This document shows positions 7,042 to 16,123 of a stretch of 17,568 bases of DNA, piece after piece. Position 1 is the stretch's first letter, and every line of letters starts with the position of its first letter. The position numbers were made by a program, and so were the translations under genes. Under the pieces are notes generated by a model. It was given only the letters and a program-made list of their open reading frames with translations. It had not been told where the DNA came from and did no database searches. The DNA comes from an uncultured Janthinobacterium sp. Its GTDB lineage: Bacteria; Vulcanimicrobiota; Vulcanimicrobiia; Vulcanimicrobiales; Vulcanimicrobiaceae. The DNA is taken from positions 1-17,568 of the forward strand of contig CAZZXB010000060.1 in the NCBI GenBank assembly GCA_964658025.1, written 5' to 3'.

Positions 7042-7524
7042 ATGGCGACCCAAACGGCCCCGACGGGTGCCGAGCTCGACGCGCTCGCGGTCGAGGCGGA
7101 AACCGTCCACGCACGCATCACGACCGCGAAGGGCGACATCGTCTTCCGCTTCTATCCGCACGACGCCAAGATCCACAGCGCCGCGTTCATCAAGCTCGCG
7201 CGCGCCGGCTTCTACGACGGCCTCACGTTCCACCGGGTCGAGCCCGGATTCGTGATCCAGGGCGGCTGCCCGCAGGGGACCGGAACGGGCGGTCCCGGGT
7301 ACAATCTCGACGCCGAATTCAACGACAAGCCGCACGTGAAGGGCACCGTCGCGATGGCGCGGTCGGCGAGCCCGAACTCCGGCGGCTCGCAGTTCTACAT
7401 CTGCCTCGGCGACGCGCGCTTCCTCGACAAACAGTACACGGTCTTCGGTCAGGTGACCGAGGGTCAGGACGTGGTCGACCGAATCAAGGTCGGCGACGTC
7501 ATGACGAAGGTCGCCATCTCGTAA
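7042..7524 (+). CDS. Cyclophilin-type peptidyl-prolyl cis-trans isomerase (160 aa)
   Basis: Motifs FYDGLTFHRV, FVIQGGCPQGTGTGGPGY, GTVAMAR, SGGSQFYI and YTVFGQV. GGAGG RBS before ATG 7042. Confidence 0.95.
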   Translation: MATQTAPTGAELDALAVEAETVHARITTAKGDIVFRFYPHDAKIHSAAFIKLARAGFYDGLTFHRVEPGFVIQGGCPQGTGTGGPGYNLDAEFNDKPHVKGTVAMARSASPNSGGSQFYICLGDARFLDKQYTVFGQVTEGQDVVDRIKVGDVMTKVAIS

Positions 7525-7560
7525 CGCGATTCGGATCGGCGGGCGCGGGAACGACGACGC

Positions 7561-7586
7561 GACGCGAGCGCGAACACGCTCGCGTC
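7561..7586. terminator. GC-rich hairpin between convergent cyclophilin and serine hydrolase genes
   Basis: GACGCGAGCG-cgaaca-CGCTCGCGTC, a perfect 10-bp stem with no U-tract on either strand. Confidence 0.5.
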
Positions 7587-8448
7587 ACGTGAACGCCCCG
7601 TTGATCGCGGAGGCGATCTTGCGGATCGCGATGTTGCCGAGCGAGAAATCGTCGAGATCTTTCGTCAACACCGCGATCACGTACGGGTTCTCACCGTACG
7701 GATCGACGATCCCGACGTCGTTGCGCACGCCGTCGATCTCGCCCGTCTTGTTGGCGAGCGGCGTTCCGCGCGGCAGTCCGCGCGCGATCTTGTCGCGATC
7801 TTCCTGGCGCAACATGATGTCGATCATCGCGCGGCACGACGCCGGCGACGCGACGGTGCGTATCGCTTCGTGCGCGCCGCGCTCGATCTGGAAGAGGAGC
7901 GATCCCATGTCGCGCGCCGTCGTGAGATTCTCGCTGTGGTGCATGATCGCGTTGACGTCCATGTAGTGCCGCTTGAGCTGCGTGTGCCGCAAGCCCGCCG
8001 CGGCGATCGCCTCGCGCACGCCCGCGAAGCCGACGTAATCGATCAAGACGTTCGAGGCGGTGTTATCGCTCTGTTCGATCATGGCGCGAACGAGCCGATC
8101 GATCGTGATCGTGTTGCCGGGGTTGTAGCCGTCGAGGATCTCCGAGCCGCCGACGAAATCGGAGAGCTTGAGCTCGATGCGTCGTTCGAAGAGTTCGCGA
8201 CCGTATTTCTCCGCGCGCCGGAAGACGGCGAGCATGATGAGGATCTTGCTGATCGAGGCGGTCGGAAAGACGTCGTCGGCGTTCCAGCCGAATTGCGACC
8301 CGTGCGTCAGCTTGCGGGCGAAGACGCCGACCGTCCCCGACGACGATCGCGCGAGACGGGCGATGTGATCTTCGAGCGATTCCGCATCGGCACGGCGGGG
8401 TACGACGACGGCGACGAGCCCCGCCGTTACGAAAAGCGATCGATTCAC
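7585..8448 (-). CDS. Exported serine hydrolase, class A beta-lactamase-like (Beta-lactamase2 / PBP-A-like)
   Basis: SxxK (FPTASISK), SDN and KTG motifs, ENLTTARDM, and an N-terminal signal-like segment. The omega-loop region LKRHYMD lacks the Glu166 equivalent. Confidence 0.88.
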   Translation of the reverse strand: MNRSLFVTAGLVAVVVPRRADAESLEDHIARLARSSSGTVGVFARKLTHGSQFGWNADDVFPTASISKILIMLAVFRRAEKYGRELFERRIELKLSDFVGGSEILDGYNPGNTITIDRLVRAMIEQSDNTASNVLIDYVGFAGVREAIAAAGLRHTQLKRHYMDVNAIMHHSENLTTARDMGSLLFQIERGAHEAIRTVASPASCRAMIDIMLRQEDRDKIARGLPRGTPLANKTGEIDGVRNDVGIVDPYGENPYVIAVLTKDLDDFSLGNIAIRKIASAINGAFT

Positions 8449-8503
8449 GTAGCGCTCTGCGTACGGACGAGGTGCGATCGAATCCTCGCGAGCATCGGAG
8501 GGG

Positions 8504-9172
8504 ATGCGCTTCCGTCGCCTTCCGCTCGCGCTCGTCTCGCTCGCGTTCGCGATCCTGGGAATCGCGTCTCCCGCACGCGCCGATCGGGCGTTCGCCGGAA
8601 AGACGTTCGTCCTCGATCCCGGTCACGGCGCGCGCTACCCGAACGGAAGCGACCTCAACGTCGGCGCCGTCGGCCCGAACGGCGTGGAAGAGCGCCGCGT
8701 CACGCTCGCGGTCGCCGAAGATCTCGCGAGCGACCTGCGCGCGGAGGGCGCGCGGATCGTCCTGACGCGCTCGTACGCGCATCCGTTCCGCACGGCGACG
8801 GTGCTCCGACGCGATAATCGCGCGCGCGCCGCGCTCGCGAATCGCCTCGGCGCCGCGGCGTTCGTCTCGATCCACGCCGACGCGTCGACCGATCCCGCGC
8901 GGCGCGGGACGAGCGTGTTCTGGTTGCGGCCGAACTCGATCCCGCTCGCGAACGCGATGCGCGCGCGGCTGAGCGCGCTCGGCTTCGGCGAATCGGAATT
9001 CCGCGCGCGCGATCTCGCGGTCACGAACGAAGCGCGCGTTCCGGCGGTGCTCGTCGAGATCGGTTTCGTCTCGAACGCGGCGCAGGGCGGCGAACTCGCG
9101 CGACCCGCGGTGGAGCGACGGATCGCGCGCGCGCTCGAAGCGGCGCTCCGCGATATCTTCGCCGCGCGTTAG
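8504..9172 (+). CDS. N-acetylmuramoyl-L-alanine amidase (Amidase_3) with signal peptide
   Basis: Zinc/catalytic motifs LDPGHG, GVEE, FVSIHAD and VLVEIGFVSN; signal peptide ending ARA; GGAGG RBS. Confidence 0.92.
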   Translation: MRFRRLPLALVSLAFAILGIASPARADRAFAGKTFVLDPGHGARYPNGSDLNVGAVGPNGVEERRVTLAVAEDLASDLRAEGARIVLTRSYAHPFRTATVLRRDNRARAALANRLGAAAFVSIHADASTDPARRGTSVFWLRPNSIPLANAMRARLSALGFGESEFRARDLAVTNEARVPAVLVEIGFVSNAAQGGELARPAVERRIARALEAALRDIFAAR

Positions 9173-9196
9173 CGGGTCGCCGTGCGCGCGCTCGCG

Positions 9197-9994
9197 CTAA
9201 CTCCCCGTTCCCTGATACCGATCGACGCCGAGGCGCCAGAAGGCGTAGGAGAGACCGAACCACGCGAGCCCGACGAGCGGCGTCGCCACGCCGAGGGTCG
9301 CGGAGATCCGCGCGCCGTCCTCGCCCGCCTTTCGTAAGAGGAACGACGCCGGGAAATAATTCATGAACGCGAACGGAAAGACGAACGTCAGGACGAAGCG
9401 CACGGCGCGCGAGTAGATGCTGATCGGATAGCGCGTGAAGTCGGCTTCGAGCGACATCACGGCCCAGCGCAACGCGTCGACCTGAACGACCCAGAACGCG
9501 AGCGTCGCGACGGCGAGCTGGATGCCGAAATCGATGAGCGCGCCGCCGAGCACGACGAGCGGTACGAACACGAAATACGTCGCGTCGACGCGCACGTGCG
9601 AGATCCACGTCGCGACCGCGAGAAAGACGACCGAGAGGATGAGTTCGTCGGGCCAGATCTGTTGCGGCGTCGTGAGGGCCTGGAACAACGGGTCGAGCGG
9701 GCGCACGAGAAACCGGTCGAAGCGGCCCTCGCGGATCATGTTCGGCACGTCGCCGACCGTGAAGAAAAACGTGTTGTGCACGGCGTGGCCGGCCATCCAG
9801 AGCGCGTAGAGAAACGCCATCTGCCGAAAATCCCAACCGTTCATCGACGGGAACGTGTTGAGCGTCACCCAGAGCGCGGCGATCGCCGTGGCGTGATAGA
9901 CGAGCATGAAGCCGAACCACATCACGAAATTCGCGCGATACTCGATCATCGTGAGCAGATTGATCCGCCAATACTGTACGTAGACCGCGAGCAT
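9197..9994 (-). CDS. ABC-2 family transporter permease (second permease)
   Basis: EYRANF, GWDF, IREGRFDRFLVRPLDPLFQ, YPISIY, PFAFMNYFPA and C-terminal RYQGTGS; about six TM segments. Confidence 0.9.
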   Translation of the reverse strand: MLAVYVQYWRINLLTMIEYRANFVMWFGFMLVYHATAIAALWVTLNTFPSMNGWDFRQMAFLYALWMAGHAVHNTFFFTVGDVPNMIREGRFDRFLVRPLDPLFQALTTPQQIWPDELILSVVFLAVATWISHVRVDATYFVFVPLVVLGGALIDFGIQLAVATLAFWVVQVDALRWAVMSLEADFTRYPISIYSRAVRFVLTFVFPFAFMNYFPASFLLRKAGEDGARISATLGVATPLVGLAWFGLSYAFWRLGVDRYQGTGS

Positions 9995-9995
9995 G

Positions 9996-10013
9996 GGGTG
10001 ACGTTCGTCACCC
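9996..10013. promoter_or_regulatory. CRP/FNR-type palindrome between the divergent permease and GGDEF-EAL genes
   Basis: GGGTGACG-TT-CGTCACCC with perfect 8-bp arms. The GTGA-N6-TCAC core is 13/14 identical to the site upstream of bchN. Confidence 0.55.
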
Positions 10014-10085
10014 TTGCGAGATAACGCTACCCCGTTTCGGCCGGACGTTCGATGTTAGGAACAGCGACGTCTCCGGATTCTTCGG

Positions 10086-12794
10086 ATGGAGCGTCGCTCT
10101 ACGCATTCTCGGAGGCGCGCGTTGGCGGGTCGGCACAACAATTCGTTCGACATCGTGTTCGTCGCGCTCATGAGCGCGCTCGGATTCGTGGCGATCGTCT
10201 TCGGAACGATCGGCCTCGAACGTCAGGGGCGCGCGATCCACGCGGCCGCGCGCGACGCCGATCTCGTCCGCTCGATCGCCGCCTTCGCGCCGTTCGGTGC
10301 GGCGCCGAGCGCGCGCGCGGAGACGATCGTCGAGGCGAAGCAACTCGCCGCGACGGATGCCCGTCTCGCGAGCGGCGACACCTCGCTCGGGCCCGCGAGC
10401 TGGCCGCCGAAATCCGTCCGCAACCTGTACGCGGCGGCCGGACGAGACGCCGTGCGACGGTACGCGCTCGCCGCCCGCTCGGGCGATGCCGCCTACGTGC
10501 TCGCGCACGCTCCGGCCGTCGAAGGCCTCGAACTCCGCGTCGAGCGCGCGTACGAATCGGCGGGCACCGTCCGCACGCGCGAGATCGCCGCGGCCGAAGC
10601 CTGCGCGCTCGCGCTCGTCGTGCTCGTGTTCGCATTCGACCTCGCCTTCGTCTTCCGACCGATGCAACGCGAACTCGAGATGCAGCACGGCGCCCTCGCC
10701 GCGCAGATCGCCGCGCTCGACGCGAGCGAGCAGCGGCTCTCGCTCCTGCTCGCGCAACTCCCCGCGGTCGTCTTCACGGTCGGAAACGACGATCGGATCA
10801 GTAGCGCGACGGGAGCCGCGCTCGAGACGCTCCGGATCGACGCGCGTTCGCTGATCGGCCGCGACGTCCGCAGCGTGTTCGATACCGAATACGCGGCGGC
10901 CGTCGGCGATCAGGAAGATCTCCACCTGCGCGGTCGGATCGGGAAGCGCTACTTCCAGATCTTCGTCGAGCCGCGAGCGGCCGGACGGAACCGCTTGCAC
11001 GGGCGCGCCGGGATCGCGCTCGACGTCACCGATCGCGACGAGATGCTCCGCGAACTCGAGCGGAGCGAAGCGCGTCTCGCGCGCGCCCAGCGCACCGCGC
11101 GCGCGGGCGTGTGGGAACTCGACCTCCGAACTTCGGCCGTCTCCTGTACGGAGCAGATGTACGATCTCGTGGGCGTCGCCGATCGGTCGCACGCCCCCGA
11201 ACTGCACCAGCTCATGGAATTCGTGCACGTCGACGATCGCGCGATGGTGCTCGAGGTGATGCAGCGCGCCCGGCGCGAACGCAAGACGTTCACGATCGAC
11301 TTCCGACTCGTGCGCGGCGACGGCGAGATCTGCTGGGTGCAACAGCACGGCGAGTACACGTACGACGAACGAACGAAACGCGCGACGAGCTTCTTCGGGA
11401 CCGCGCTCGATATCACGGGTCGCAAGCGCGCCGAAGAACGTCTCGAGCACCGCGCGCTGCACGATTCGCTCACCGATCTCCCGAATCGGCTCCTGCTCCT
11501 CGATCGTCTCGACGTCGCGGTCGAGCGCGCGAAGCGTTCGGGCAACGAAGGGGCCGTCGTCTTCGTCGACATCGATTCGTTCAAAGACGTCAACGACACG
11601 TACGGCCATCTCGTCGGAGATCTCTACCTCAAAGAGGCCGCGCATCGACTGCGGAGCTTCGTCCGCGCGACCGACACCGTCGCGAGAAACGGCGGCGACG
11701 AGTTCGTCCTGCTCCTCGAGAACGTCGGCGAGCGGCCGGCGCTCGAGGCGTTACTGCAAACGCTCGTCGAAGCGCTGAAGCAGCCGTACGCGCTCGGCGT
11801 CCAGACGCTCGAGGGATCGGCGAGTCTCGGCGTGTGCTTCTTCCGCGACGAGGGCGCGACGCCGGACGATCTGATCCGCAGCGCCGACGCCGCGATGTAT
11901 CACGCGAAGCAGGCCGGCGGCGGCGACATCCGCACGTACGACGCGCGTCTCCGCGATCAAACCGAGGAACGGCTCGCGCTCGAAAAAGATATCCGCGTGG
12001 CGAGCGAGCGCAGCGAATTCGAGCTCGCGTTCCAACCGATCGTCGACATGGCGGGCGGCGGTCGGATCGCCTCGTTCGAGGCGCTGTTGCGGTGGCACCA
12101 CCCGACGCTCGGAACGATCGCGCCCGTGCGCTTCATCGAATCGATCGAGGCGAACGGGCTCATCGTCATCGTCGGCGAGTGGGTCCTGCGTACGGCGTGC
12201 TCGACCGCGAAGGCGTGGCACGAGGCGGGTCATCCGCATCTCGCCATCGCCGTGAACGTCTCGGCGCGTCAACTGCAGAGCGAGGGCTTCGTCGACATGG
12301 TCGCGCGAACGCTCGCGCAGACGGGCTTGAACGCCGCATCGCTCGAGCTCGAACTGACCGAGAGCGCGCTCATGGACGATATCGAGAAGGCGATCGGAAC
12401 CGTCCGCGAACTCCGCGCGCTCGGCGTTCGGATCGCGATCGACGATTTCGGCACGGGGTACTCGTCGATCGCGTATCTCAAATACTTCAACGTCGATACC
12501 GTCAAGATCGATCGGATGTTCGTCCGCGATCTCGTCGAGGGTCGACGTGAGTCCGCGATCGTCCGTTCGATCACCACGCTCGCGCACAATCTGAATTGTC
12601 GCGTCGTCGCCGAAGGCGTCGAGACGAGCGAACAGGCCGCGATGTTGCGCGAACTCGATTGCGATTCGCTCCAGGGATTCTTTTACGGTCGTCCGATCGC
12701 GGGCCGCGATCTCGATTACGGGCGTCTCAACCAATTGATGTACGCGCGTTGGGACGATACCGTCGGGAACGCCGCGGGTTTGCGCGCCGTCTGA
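10086..12794 (+). CDS. Membrane-anchored PAS-PAS-GGDEF-EAL diguanylate cyclase/phosphodiesterase
   Basis: Two TM segments flank a short extracytoplasmic region, followed by PAS/PAC motifs (GVWELD, VHVDDR, FRLVRGDGEICWV, DITGRK), HDSLTDLPNR, RATD I-site plus GGDEF, FEALLRW, DDFGTGYSS, EGVE and QGF. Confidence 0.95.
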   Translation: MERRSTHSRRRALAGRHNNSFDIVFVALMSALGFVAIVFGTIGLERQGRAIHAAARDADLVRSIAAFAPFGAAPSARAETIVEAKQLAATDARLASGDTSLGPASWPPKSVRNLYAAAGRDAVRRYALAARSGDAAYVLAHAPAVEGLELRVERAYESAGTVRTREIAAAEACALALVVLVFAFDLAFVFRPMQRELEMQHGALAAQIAALDASEQRLSLLLAQLPAVVFTVGNDDRISSATGAALETLRIDARSLIGRDVRSVFDTEYAAAVGDQEDLHLRGRIGKRYFQIFVEPRAAGRNRLHGRAGIALDVTDRDEMLRELERSEARLARAQRTARAGVWELDLRTSAVSCTEQMYDLVGVADRSHAPELHQLMEFVHVDDRAMVLEVMQRARRERKTFTIDFRLVRGDGEICWVQQHGEYTYDERTKRATSFFGTALDITGRKRAEERLEHRALHDSLTDLPNRLLLLDRLDVAVERAKRSGNEGAVVFVDIDSFKDVNDTYGHLVGDLYLKEAAHRLRSFVRATDTVARNGGDEFVLLLENVGERPALEALLQTLVEALKQPYALGVQTLEGSASLGVCFFRDEGATPDDLIRSADAAMYHAKQAGGGDIRTYDARLRDQTEERLALEKDIRVASERSEFELAFQPIVDMAGGGRIASFEALLRWHHPTLGTIAPVRFIESIEANGLIVIVGEWVLRTACSTAKAWHEAGHPHLAIAVNVSARQLQSEGFVDMVARTLAQTGLNAASLELELTESALMDDIEKAIGTVRELRALGVRIAIDDFGTGYSSIAYLKYFNVDTVKIDRMFVRDLVEGRRESAIVRSITTLAHNLNCRVVAEGVETSEQAAMLRELDCDSLQGFFYGRPIAGRDLDYGRLNQLMYARWDDTVGNAAGLRAV

Positions 12795-12870
12795 GCCGCG
12801 CCGGCCTCGCGACGATCGTCGGCGAATCCCGCGCCGTCCGCTCCGCGCTCGTCGCCGTCCGACGTCGGTT

Positions 12871-12891
12871 CCGGGCACGCGTCGTGCCCGG
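12871..12891. terminator. Hairpin between convergent GGDEF-EAL and oxidoreductase genes
   Basis: CCGGGCACG-cgt-CGTGCCCGG, a 9-bp perfect stem 3 nt after the oxidoreductase stop, with no U-tract. Confidence 0.45.
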
Positions 12892-12894
12892 CGT

Positions 12895-14244
12895 TCAGCG
12901 TTCGAAGAGTCGGGCGAGCGAGGGGAGGCCCTCGCCGAAGGTCGGATGGATCCCGACGAAGGCGTCGAGATCGCGCCACGTCGCGCCGGATTGGATCGCG
13001 AAGGCGAGCGTGTGGACGATCTCGGCGGCCTCGTAGCCGACGAGCGTCGCGCCGAGGATGCGATCGGTCTCCGTATCGACGACGAGCCGATAGAAGCCCG
13101 TTTCGAGATCCCATTCGGTGCCGCGCGCGACGTCTGCGAGCGGCATCGTCCGCGATGCGGCGTCGAAGCCCGCGTCGCGCGCCTGCGTCTCGGTCATCCC
13201 GGTTCGCGCGAGCTGCGGTTCGGTGAACGTGGCGTAGGACAACACGCGATCGTCGCGCGTCCGCGGCGTCCCCGCGAACGTGGACTGCAAGCGTCGAAAG
13301 TCTTCCCACGAGACGTGGGTGAACGCGGGCTGCCCCGCGGCCTCGCCGATCGCGTACACGCCCGGACACGTGGTTTCGAGATGCTCGTCGACGACGACGA
13401 CGTCGCGATCGTCGAGCCTCACGTTCGAGGATCCGGCATCGAGCGCGTCCGCGTTCGCGCGTCGTCCCGATGCGACGAGCACGCCGTCGACTTCGAGCGT
13501 CTCGCCGTCGGCGAAGGTCAGCGAGAAGACGCGACCGTCGTGCGCCACCGAACGGACGATCGTGCCGAGGCGAAACGCGATGCCCTCGGCTTCGAACGCG
13601 CCGCGCACGATCCGCGCGGCGTCGGCTTCTTCGTGTCCGAGGACGTGCTCGCCGCGCTCGATCACCGTCACCGTCGAGCCCAGGCGCGCCGCGCCTTGAC
13701 CGAGTTCGAGCCCGACGTAACCCGCGCCGAGAACCGCGAGACGATCGGGCAGGCGCGCCTGATCGAACCACGTCTCGTTCGTGAGATACGGCGTTCGCGC
13801 GAGCCCGTCGATCGGCGGAACGACCGGACGCGTTCCCGTATCGATGACGACGCGCTTCCCGCGGAACGTCCGATCGCCGCCCGTAACGATGCGTTCGCCC
13901 GTGAAGCGCGCCTCGGCCCGGACGAGTTCGACCGACGAGCCGCCGACGTTCTTCTCGTTGCCCGCACGCCATTCGTCGCGAACCGCGCGCACGCGCCGCA
14001 TGATCGCTTCCTGATCGACCGTCACCGCGACGTGGATGCCGAGCGGCCCCGCGAGGCGCGCGCGTCCCGCGTTGTGCGCGGAGGCGAGGAAGGCTTTCGA
14101 GGGCGTGCACCCGTTATTGACGCACGTGCCGCCGAGCCGCGCGCGCTCGAAGAGCACGACGCGTTCGCCCGCCTTCGCGCGCGCGACCGCGAGGGGCGTG
14201 CCGCCTTGACCGCTCCCGATGACGACGAGATCGACGTCTTCCAT
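12895..14244 (-). CDS. Flavoprotein disulfide reductase (Lpd/MerA-like, no MerA C-terminal Cys pair), 449 aa
   Basis: ATG 14244 overlaps the permease stop (TGATG). GSGQGG FAD motif, GGTCVNNGCTPSK redox disulfide, GAGYVGLE nucleotide-binding motif and C-terminal HPTFGE. Confidence 0.9.
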   Translation of the reverse strand: MEDVDLVVIGSGQGGTPLAVARAKAGERVVLFERARLGGTCVNNGCTPSKAFLASAHNAGRARLAGPLGIHVAVTVDQEAIMRRVRAVRDEWRAGNEKNVGGSSVELVRAEARFTGERIVTGGDRTFRGKRVVIDTGTRPVVPPIDGLARTPYLTNETWFDQARLPDRLAVLGAGYVGLELGQGAARLGSTVTVIERGEHVLGHEEADAARIVRGAFEAEGIAFRLGTIVRSVAHDGRVFSLTFADGETLEVDGVLVASGRRANADALDAGSSNVRLDDRDVVVVDEHLETTCPGVYAIGEAAGQPAFTHVSWEDFRRLQSTFAGTPRTRDDRVLSYATFTEPQLARTGMTETQARDAGFDAASRTMPLADVARGTEWDLETGFYRLVVDTETDRILGATLVGYEAAEIVHTLAFAIQSGATWRDLDAFVGIHPTFGEGLPSLARLFER

Positions 14245-15038
14245 CAGCCCCCTTGTACCACGATCCGGCGCTCGGCCGCGCGCCACACCGCGAACGCACC
14301 GAGCGAGAAAACGACGATCCACCCCACCTGCGTCGCGAACGCCAGCGGCCACGCGCTCGGCGGAAGTTGGCCGACGTAGATCTGCAACGGCACGGAGTAG
14401 ATCGAGGCGAACGGCGATTGCTGGACGAGTTTGCCGAGCTCGCCCGGAAAGAGCGAGAGCGGGACGAGTTGCCCGCTCAGGAGATCCGACGCCCAACGCA
14501 CGGAGAGTTGGAGCGCGTGGATCTCGAGCGTCCAGAACGCGATCGCGTTCATGATGAAGTTGATGAGAAAATTCACGACGTACCCGAGCAGAAACGCGAG
14601 CGCGAACGCGGCGAACGTCGTCGGGCTCGGCACGTCGACGCGAACGAAGAGTAACGCGAGCGCGAGCGACGGAAGGATCGCCAGCGCCTCGAAAGCCGTC
14701 TGCCCGAGCCCGTCGCTGAAGAAGAAGAGCGGGAGGCTGATCGGCTTCATGAGATCGGTCGCGATCGAACCTTCGCGCAGGCGCGTCTGGATGAGCCGCG
14801 TGCCGTCGACTTCGAGCACGAGCGACATCAAGAGCGCGACGACGGAATACGTGACGATCGCGTGGAGCGGCAGGCCGGCGGGCGCCGCGTTCTGCGCGTA
14901 GAGCGCGACCCACACGGATTTGAGCAGGTAGATGCGCACGAGCACGGATCCGATATTCGTGAACACTTCGAACCGATAGGCCGCGGCGCGGGCGAACGCT
15001 TTTTGGGCGAACGCGCGATAGGGTGTCAGCGCGTTCAC
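14244..15038 (-). CDS. ABC-2 family transporter permease (first permease), 264 aa
   Basis: GTG 15038 overlaps the ATPase TGA. Motifs AYRF, LREGSIATDLMKP, AFW, LSGQLVPLSLFP, PFASIYSVP and C-terminal VQGG. Confidence 0.9.
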   Translation of the reverse strand: MNALTPYRAFAQKAFARAAAYRFEVFTNIGSVLVRIYLLKSVWVALYAQNAAPAGLPLHAIVTYSVVALLMSLVLEVDGTRLIQTRLREGSIATDLMKPISLPLFFFSDGLGQTAFEALAILPSLALALLFVRVDVPSPTTFAAFALAFLLGYVVNFLINFIMNAIAFWTLEIHALQLSVRWASDLLSGQLVPLSLFPGELGKLVQQSPFASIYSVPLQIYVGQLPPSAWPLAFATQVGWIVVFSLGAFAVWRAAERRIVVQGG

Positions 15039-16063
15039 ACGCGCGGCGTCTCGAGCGGCGCGACGTGGCAATCGGGGTCGGCGTACCCTTCGACGTAGAT
15101 GCGGCGGATGATCGACTCGAGATCGGGTTCCTCGATCGAGACGTCTCGGATCGAGAGCATCTCGGCGACGCGTCGGATGAGGACGTCGGCGCTGTACGCC
15201 GTGCGATCGAATCGCAGTCGTAACGACCGTCCGGCGTGCGATGCGACTTCGACCCCGGGCAGGTCGACCGCGCCGGGCGCGTCCGTCTCGAGTTCGAGCG
15301 CGAGCGTGCGATGCGTGCCGTACTGGTCGCGGATGCGCGCGAGCGTGCCGTCGTAGATGATCTTGCCGTCGTCGATGAGGACGATCCGGCGGCAGAGTCG
15401 CTCGACGTCGGCGAGATCGTGCGTCGTGAGCACGATCGTCGTTCCGCGTTCGGCGTTGACGCCCGCGACGAACGTCCGGATCGATTCTTTGGCGACGACG
15501 TCGAGCCCGATCGTCGGCTCGTCGAGGTAGACGATCTTCGGGTCGTGCAACATCGCGGCCGCGAAATCGCCGCGCATGCGCTGCCCGAGCGAGAGCTGAC
15601 GGACCGGCGTTCCGAGAAAGTCGTCCATCTCGAGCAGCTCGACGAACGCGTCGAGATTCCGTCTGTAGCGATCGGCCGGAATCGCGTAGATCGCGCGCAG
15701 CAGTTCGAACGATTCGCGTAGCGGCAGATCCCAATAGAGTTGGCTGCGCTGACCGAAGACGACGCCGATGTTGCGCGCGTTCCGTTTGCGATCTTCGTGC
15801 GGCACGATCCCGGCGACGCGGATCTCGCCCGAGGTCGGCACGAGGATCCCCGTGAGCATCTTGATCGTCGTCGACTTTCCGGCGCCGTTGGGGCCGATGT
15901 AACCGACGAGTTCGCCCGGTTCGAGCGACATCGTCACGCTCTCGACGGCGACGCGTTCCTCGCGCTCCCGGCTGAAGAGCGTTTTGAGCGCGCCGCCGGG
16001 ACCGGCGTGGCGCTTGACGGTGCGGAAGACCTTGCGGAGGTCGCGCGTTTCCACGATCGGCAT
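15035..16063 (-). CDS. ABC transporter ATP-binding protein
   Basis: Starts MPIVETRDLRKVF. Walker A GPNGAGKST, signature LSLGQRMR, Walker B YLDEPTIGLD, H-loop LTTHD. Confidence 0.95.
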   Translation of the reverse strand: MPIVETRDLRKVFRTVKRHAGPGGALKTLFSREREERVAVESVTMSLEPGELVGYIGPNGAGKSTTIKMLTGILVPTSGEIRVAGIVPHEDRKRNARNIGVVFGQRSQLYWDLPLRESFELLRAIYAIPADRYRRNLDAFVELLEMDDFLGTPVRQLSLGQRMRGDFAAAMLHDPKIVYLDEPTIGLDVVAKESIRTFVAGVNAERGTTIVLTTHDLADVERLCRRIVLIDDGKIIYDGTLARIRDQYGTHRTLALELETDAPGAVDLPGVEVASHAGRSLRLRFDRTAYSADVLIRRVAEMLSIRDVSIEEPDLESIIRRIYVEGYADPDCHVAPLETPRV

Positions 16064-16123
16064 CGTCTCGCGCTTTCTCGTCGCATCGCGTCGCGCCCGC
16101 TCCGCGTGGGTACGCGGACGGAG

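Noticed and set aside
9380..9390. Partial match GACGAACGTCA to the CRP/FNR-like box
   Set aside because: It lies inside the permease coding region and the outer GT/C positions do not match.
12895..15734. Apparent N-terminal extensions of the oxidoreductase (672 aa) and permease (496 aa)
   Set aside because: Coupled starts at 14244 (TGATG) and 15038 (GTGA) explain the real proteins; the extensions are shadow frames of the upstream genes.
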